Assembly (NCBI GenBank): GCA_964013405.1
Contig: CAXGWI010000117.1
Span: 1-10,979 of the forward strand
Source of the DNA: an uncultured Myxococcales bacterium
GTDB lineage: Bacteria; Myxococcota; UBA4151
Reading direction: 5' to 3'
DNA length: 10,979 nucleotides
Shown in pieces: positions 6,911-10,979 of the stretch. The notes under the pieces are model-generated. The model worked only from the letters and a program-made list of their open reading frames with translations, was not told the origin of the DNA and did not search any database. Position numbers and translations under genes: made by a program. How positions within the stretch are numbered: the first letter of the stretch is position 1; every line of letters starts with the position of its first letter.

Positions 6911-8809
6911 GTGGTCCAAGCGGTCACACTCTGGTTTAGCCTTGGGCTCAACCTCTTGCTCTTGCTGCGAGCTCGGCGTCTCGATTGGGCCGATGTGTCG
7001 ATTCTTGAGCGGACCGGCGAAGCCCTTCCCGATGCAAACCTATTCTTGCTCGTGGCCGGGCCGATCGTTTGGGCCCTTCTTCGTACGGCCCGAGAACAAC
7101 TCAGCAGCCTCGCCGTGGTGCACATGTTGGCCGCATTGTTGGCCGTTGCCCTACCCGAGGGACGCTTTGCCTGCATGACCGTGTTGGCCTGGGATGCGGC
7201 ACTCATCCTCCCCTCTTTGATGGCTCGCCTGCCTCAGTGGGGGCTCCGGCTGCACCCGGCCTGGGTCGGTTTCGGCTTGAGCGCTGTGGTGGCCAGCGTG
7301 TTCAGTCTTCATCGCCATCACAGCTTTGGTTCCGGCGGTTGGGATGTGGGCTGCTTCAGTCACTCGACCTGGCTTGCGAGTGCCGGCGAGCCCTTGATGA
7401 GTACGGTGTTGCATCCCTCCGGTGTTCATGTGTTGGGGGATCACTTTTATCCGGTCATCTATCTGCTCGCACCGATTCACTGGCTTGGCCTGGGGGCCTC
7501 CGGTCTCTTGGTGTTGCAGAGTGTGGTGGTCGCCGCTGTTGCCTTCCCCTTTTACCGATTCCTGGCCCGCCGCATCGATCACGGGGGGCTCCGGGTTGCG
7601 ATCCTGTTCTCCCTGCTCTTTAGCTTTGCCTGGCAGAGCGCCACGTACTTCGACTTTCATGCCCAGACCTTGGCCCTCTGGCCTCTAGCCGAGGCGATTG
7701 ATCGCTTGGATCGGCGAGCCTACAAGCCCATGTTCGGCTGGCTTGCCTTGGCCTGGATCTGCAAGGAGAACATGCCGCTGTATGCTGCCTTTTTCGGTTT
7801 GTTTATCCTCCTCTTCCATTCAGGTGCACGCCGTATCGGCGCCGGCTTATTTGCCGTGGGGGTCTGCGGCTTTGGCTTGACCCTTGGATTCATCCAGCCT
7901 GCGTTGCTGAAAGGTGGACCGCAGGGGATGATCCACAAGGGGACTTACGCTCAATTTGGGGACAGTTTGCCCGCCGCGCTGTGGGGCATGGTGAGTTCCC
8001 CCTTACGCACGCTCCTCGCCCTCGTTAGCCCGTTGGCGAAGCGCATGAGTTTGGCGACCACGCTGTTCGGCGCGGGGCTCTTTAGTTTGTATCGGCCACG
8101 CTACCTCCTTCTCGCCCTGCCAACACTGGCTGAGCGATTTCTGAGTTCGAAGGAGCAGATGTGGGAGATGGGCTATCACTACGCGGCACCGCTCACCCTG
8201 TTTGTTGCGTTCGCTGCAGTCGAGGGTCTGGCCGACCTTCGGGTCTGGGCCGAGGAGCGACTCGTCGTTCTCTCTCGCCCCCTTCCATTGGCCGTGATCG
8301 TCATCAGTCTCGCGGCGCTGACGAACCTGTACGGCTACAAGCATCCCAGCAATTTCCTCACATGGAATCACGACTACTTCCAGCATGAGCAAGAGGCTGC
8401 AGCGAGCCATCGAATGCTGGCTTTGGTGCCGGCCATGGGCTCGGTCGAGGCCATGAATCATCTGTTGCCCCACGTGGCAGCCCGTAAAGAGGTCACCTTT
8501 CCCCGGGACTGGCCCAAAGCCGACATCCAAGTCTTCAATTTTAGTCAGTCGGCCTGGCACCCCCAAGCCAACCACAGCAAGGCTTGGATTCGTGATCGAC
8601 TAAGACGCCTCCATCGAGACAAGCGATGGCGACTGGCATTTTCCGAGGCATCAGCCGTCCTGTTTCTAGATGCCGAGGCCTTTCCAGGGAGAGAGGCAGA
8701 GCCTTCGGCCAAACTCAAAAAACTGCTAAGGCTGGGGGCGAGGAAACGACCGCTCCGGCGCAACCCAAAGGGTAGCCAACCGATAAAGGCTAAGGAACGA
8801 GGGAACTGA
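6911..8809 (+). CDS. DUF2079 family integral membrane protein (GT-C-fold glycosyltransferase-like); start uncertain
   Basis: Multi-TM protein with the DUF2079-type motifs GWDVGCF, LGDHFYPVIYLLAP, FDFH, CKEN and YHY. GTG 6911 follows GGGAGG at short spacing. In-frame alternative starts are TTG 6821, GTG 6845 and GTG 6872. Confidence 0.82.
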   Translation: MVQAVTLWFSLGLNLLLLLRARRLDWADVSILERTGEALPDANLFLLVAGPIVWALLRTAREQLSSLAVVHMLAALLAVALPEGRFACMTVLAWDAALILPSLMARLPQWGLRLHPAWVGFGLSAVVASVFSLHRHHSFGSGGWDVGCFSHSTWLASAGEPLMSTVLHPSGVHVLGDHFYPVIYLLAPIHWLGLGASGLLVLQSVVVAAVAFPFYRFLARRIDHGGLRVAILFSLLFSFAWQSATYFDFHAQTLALWPLAEAIDRLDRRAYKPMFGWLALAWICKENMPLYAAFFGLFILLFHSGARRIGAGLFAVGVCGFGLTLGFIQPALLKGGPQGMIHKGTYAQFGDSLPAALWGMVSSPLRTLLALVSPLAKRMSLATTLFGAGLFSLYRPRYLLLALPTLAERFLSSKEQMWEMGYHYAAPLTLFVAFAAVEGLADLRVWAEERLVVLSRPLPLAVIVISLAALTNLYGYKHPSNFLTWNHDYFQHEQEAAASHRMLALVPAMGSVEAMNHLLPHVAARKEVTFPRDWPKADIQVFNFSQSAWHPQANHSKAWIRDRLRRLHRDKRWRLAFSEASAVLFLDAEAFPGREAEPSAKLKKLLRLGARKRPLRRNPKGSQPIKAKERGN

Positions 8810-9357
8810 TGCCAACGAACGTGAATAACAAGGGTCCGATTCAGAACCTGTTCGATCGGATGGATCGGAATGATGACCAAGGGGTGACCCGCAAGGAAGT
8901 CGTCAAGCATCTCAAGGACACAGACGTCCCTGCCGGCCTCTTTGGTGCGGTTCATAAAAAGGTCAGTGAAGAGTTTATCGATAATCTGGATACGAACCGG
9001 GACAAGAAGGTCACCTGGGACGAATTCCAGGGGGTCGCCAGCGAGCTGCTTCCGGCCGCTGCGCTGGGGGAGACGGGCCGGGTTGACCGGGGACTCATCA
9101 GCGAGGAGTTCGGTCGCCTCGACAAAGATGCCGACGGCAAGGTGACGTACAACGAGTTGGAGCGAGGCACCCTGGAACGCCTTCCGGAATCGACGTCCTT
9201 CAAAGGCACCATCGCCGAGGTGGCCGCAAAGTTGGGCATGGACGCCATCGACACCAACACGGACGGTGGCATCACCGCCGATGAGTTAGAGGCGGTCGCC
9301 AATGAGGTGGACCTGATCGCGAACCACGACCAGGACGACGGCCAGCAGACGAGTTAA
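8809..9357 (+). CDS. EF-hand calcium-binding protein with four EF-hands (calmodulin-like architecture), 182 aa
   Basis: Four 12-residue loops: DRNDDQGVTRKE, DTNRDKKVTWDE, DKDADGKVTYNE, DTNTDGGITADE. No signal peptide. GAGGG RBS; start overlaps the upstream stop (TGATG). Confidence 0.92.
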   Translation: MPTNVNNKGPIQNLFDRMDRNDDQGVTRKEVVKHLKDTDVPAGLFGAVHKKVSEEFIDNLDTNRDKKVTWDEFQGVASELLPAAALGETGRVDRGLISEEFGRLDKDADGKVTYNELERGTLERLPESTSFKGTIAEVAAKLGMDAIDTNTDGGITADELEAVANEVDLIANHDQDDGQQTS

Positions 9358-9373
9358 ATCGGGCTTTAGGCCC

Positions 9374-9691
9374 CTAAGCCTCGGTTCTTCGAGCCTCGAA
9401 CGCTGCCATTTGCTCGGGTGTCGCTGGCTCCTGATGGCGGGCCTTCCAATCAGAATAGGGCATCCCGTAGATGACCTCTCGGGCGTCGGGGTCCTCAATT
9501 TCAAGGCCCCGTTCGGCGGCTTCCGCCCGGTACCACTTGCCGAGGCAGTTGCGACAGAAATTGGCCAGAATCATCAGGTCGATGTTTTGCACATCGGTCC
9601 GGGTTTGGAGGTGGCTGACGAGGCGGCGGAACACGGCGGCCTCCACCTCTGTGCGTTGGGCGTCGGTGAGGTCCTGGGGCTTGAGGCTCAT
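9374..9691 (-). CDS. DUF1244 domain-containing protein, 105 aa
   Basis: EAAVFRRLVSHLQTRTDVQNIDLMILANFCRNCLGKWY...AREVIYGMPYSDWKARHQ is the recognisable DUF1244 signature. Start set to ATG 9691 with GGAG 7 nt upstream. Confidence 0.93.
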   Translation of the reverse strand: MSLKPQDLTDAQRTEVEAAVFRRLVSHLQTRTDVQNIDLMILANFCRNCLGKWYRAEAAERGLEIEDPDAREVIYGMPYSDWKARHQEPATPEQMAAFEARRTEA

Positions 9692-9795
9692 TCGATGTCT
9701 CCGGTGAACGGTCGTTGTCGCTTCCCTGTTCGTCGCCGAAGATTCAAGACTTATGACCCCTTGTTCTGTTAGCCGGTGCCGCACAGGGGGGACCC

Positions 9796-10979
9796 GTGGG
9801 TCTGATTCGTTGGAGTCAAGCGCATCCCTACAAGGCCTCGGCCTTGAGCGGTACCTTGCTCGCAGTCTGTCACCCCTTTGTCTTTCCGGGCCATGGGGGG
9901 CCGCCCCATCTCCCATTGCTTGGGGCGCTGCTGGCTCTAGTGGCTTTTGTTCCCTACCTGGCAGCCCTGGAGTCGGCCCAAAAGAAGCGCCAGATCGTGA
10001 TCTCAACCTACCTGTGTTTCGGGCTGCAATTGGGTCTCTCGGTCTACTGGTTGGACGTGGCGATTCATCGCTACGGTGGCTTGCCCCACGTGGTCTCCTT
10101 TATCGCCATCACGGCCATTGCGTTGATCACAGGCGCTTACCTGGCCATCGCTGTGCTCTCCGGTTGCTGGGCTGCGAAGCGCTTGAACTTTCCCCGGGCC
10201 CTCCTGTTGCCGTTCTTTTGGATGGTGGGGGATGCGGCCCGCGGCGCCTGGGTTTATGGCTATCCCTTTAGCGGTTTTCCCTGGGCCCATGTCTCCGCCA
10301 CCCAGGCGGAGAATCCTTGGTTGAGACCGCTGTTGAGTCTTGGCGGGATCGAATTGCTCGCCCTCTGGGTCTTCGCCTTTAACCTGATCGCCTTGCGGGG
10401 GCTGAGTGGTCAGTTGACTCGGCGGCGCTTGCTGTTGAGTTTCAGTCTCTTGATCGCCGTGCCAGGCCTGTGGAGTCTGGCTTGGCACCACCACGTCAAT
10501 GAAGCGATGGCCGGGGCGGAGCACCACAAGTTCGGACTCATTCAGGGCAATCTCAGTCAAGATCTCAAGAATGACCTGCGTAACCGGGGGCGATACATGC
10601 TTCAGGTGCAGCGCCGCTTGAGCGCCGAGCTCGCTGCCAAGCAGCCCGACGCCATCATTTGGTCTGAGGTGACCTATCCCTTTGCCCTCAACAAAGATGC
10701 GCCGCGGCTTGGGCCGCGCCAGTTGGGCTATAGCGCGAAAGCGCCGCCGCCAACCTTGAGCCTCGTGGGGGCGATGGTCGGCTGGGAAGAGAAGGGAGCG
10801 CTTTGCAAGGCGACCAGCGATTGTGGCCGGGGCGAGACCTGCCGGCAGGGGGCCTGCCGGAACTACTTGGTGCACAACAGCATGGTTGCGCTGGACCAAA
10901 AACTCGAACTGTTAGGCCGGGCCGACAAGCACCACCTGGTGCCCTTTGGAGAATATGTCCCCGGCCGCAAGGTGCTGAG
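9796..10979 (+). CDS. lnt: Apolipoprotein N-acyltransferase; 3' end lies outside the window
   Basis: Manually translated; absent from the ORF track. GTG 9796 after AGGGGGGA, open to the window end. TM domain with YWL..AIHRYGG and FSGFPW, then LIQGNLSQ, IIWSE (catalytic Glu, 10666-10668), HNS, and DKHHLVPFGEYVP (catalytic Lys, 10927-10929). The catalytic Cys is beyond the window. Confidence 0.95.
   Translation, partial: MGLIRWSQAHPYKASALSGTLLAVCHPFVFPGHGGPPHLPLLGALLALVAFVPYLAALESAQKKRQIVISTYLCFGLQLGLSVYWLDVAIHRYGGLPHVVSFIAITAIALITGAYLAIAVLSGCWAAKRLNFPRALLLPFFWMVGDAARGAWVYGYPFSGFPWAHVSATQAENPWLRPLLSLGGIELLALWVFAFNLIALRGLSGQLTRRRLLLSFSLLIAVPGLWSLAWHHHVNEAMAGAEHHKFGLIQGNLSQDLKNDLRNRGRYMLQVQRRLSAELAAKQPDAIIWSEVTYPFALNKDAPRLGPRQLGYSAKAPPPTLSLVGAMVGWEEKGALCKATSDCGRGETCRQGACRNYLVHNSMVALDQKLELLGRADKHHLVPFGEYVPGRKVL

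Noticed and set aside
6781..7206. N-terminal extension of the 450-aa track ORF
   Set aside because: Overlaps the DUF2079 gene on the other strand; ATG 6780 has a clear RBS.
9358..9376. GGGC-TTTAG-GCCC hairpin between convergent genes as a terminator
   Set aside because: Stem of only 4-5 bp with no U-tract; too weak to call.
9705..9718. TGAAC-GGTC-GTTGT upstream of DUF1244 as a LexA site
   Set aside because: Only one good half-site; a match of this quality is expected by chance.
9782..9792. Recurrent CAGGGGG(G) in intergenic regions (also 5792-5798 on the minus strand) as a regulon motif
   Set aside because: Explained as G-rich Shine-Dalgarno sequences for lnt and lexA.
9692..10006. N-terminal extension of the DUF1244 ORF (210 aa in the track)
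   Set aside because: Overlaps lnt; family similarity begins at about ATG 9691, which has an RBS.
9753..10899. 172-aa plus ORF (9753-10271) and 298-aa minus ORF (10003-10899)
   Set aside because: Off-frame and antisense shadows of lnt.

Overview
GC-rich bacterial chromosomal window with about ten tightly packed genes, probably from a Myxococcota/deltaproteobacterial lineage (inferred from the myxobacterial-type Cys-rich repeat, PDAG linkers and a Myxococcus-like SOS box). Six co-oriented minus-strand genes, in transcription order: an unassigned 308-aa protein, lexA (with a palindromic candidate operator), a lipoprotein fusing a CxxCH cytochrome c domain to a PHM/DBH-type copper monooxygenase, an ABC ATPase, its permease, and a Cys-rich lipoprotein that runs off the left edge. 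These are followed by a plus-strand DUF2079 (GT-C-like) membrane protein overlapping a four-EF-hand protein, a minus-strand DUF1244 gene, and lnt running off the right edge. The two edge genes are missing from the supplied ORF track. I saw no RNA genes, mobile elements or CRISPR arrays. Most notable: a four-cysteine mini-module inserted in the Lnt catalytic domain, the heme c/copper monooxygenase fusion, the DUF2079/calmodulin-like pair, and the variant LexA box. Family assignments come from motif recognition, not database searches.
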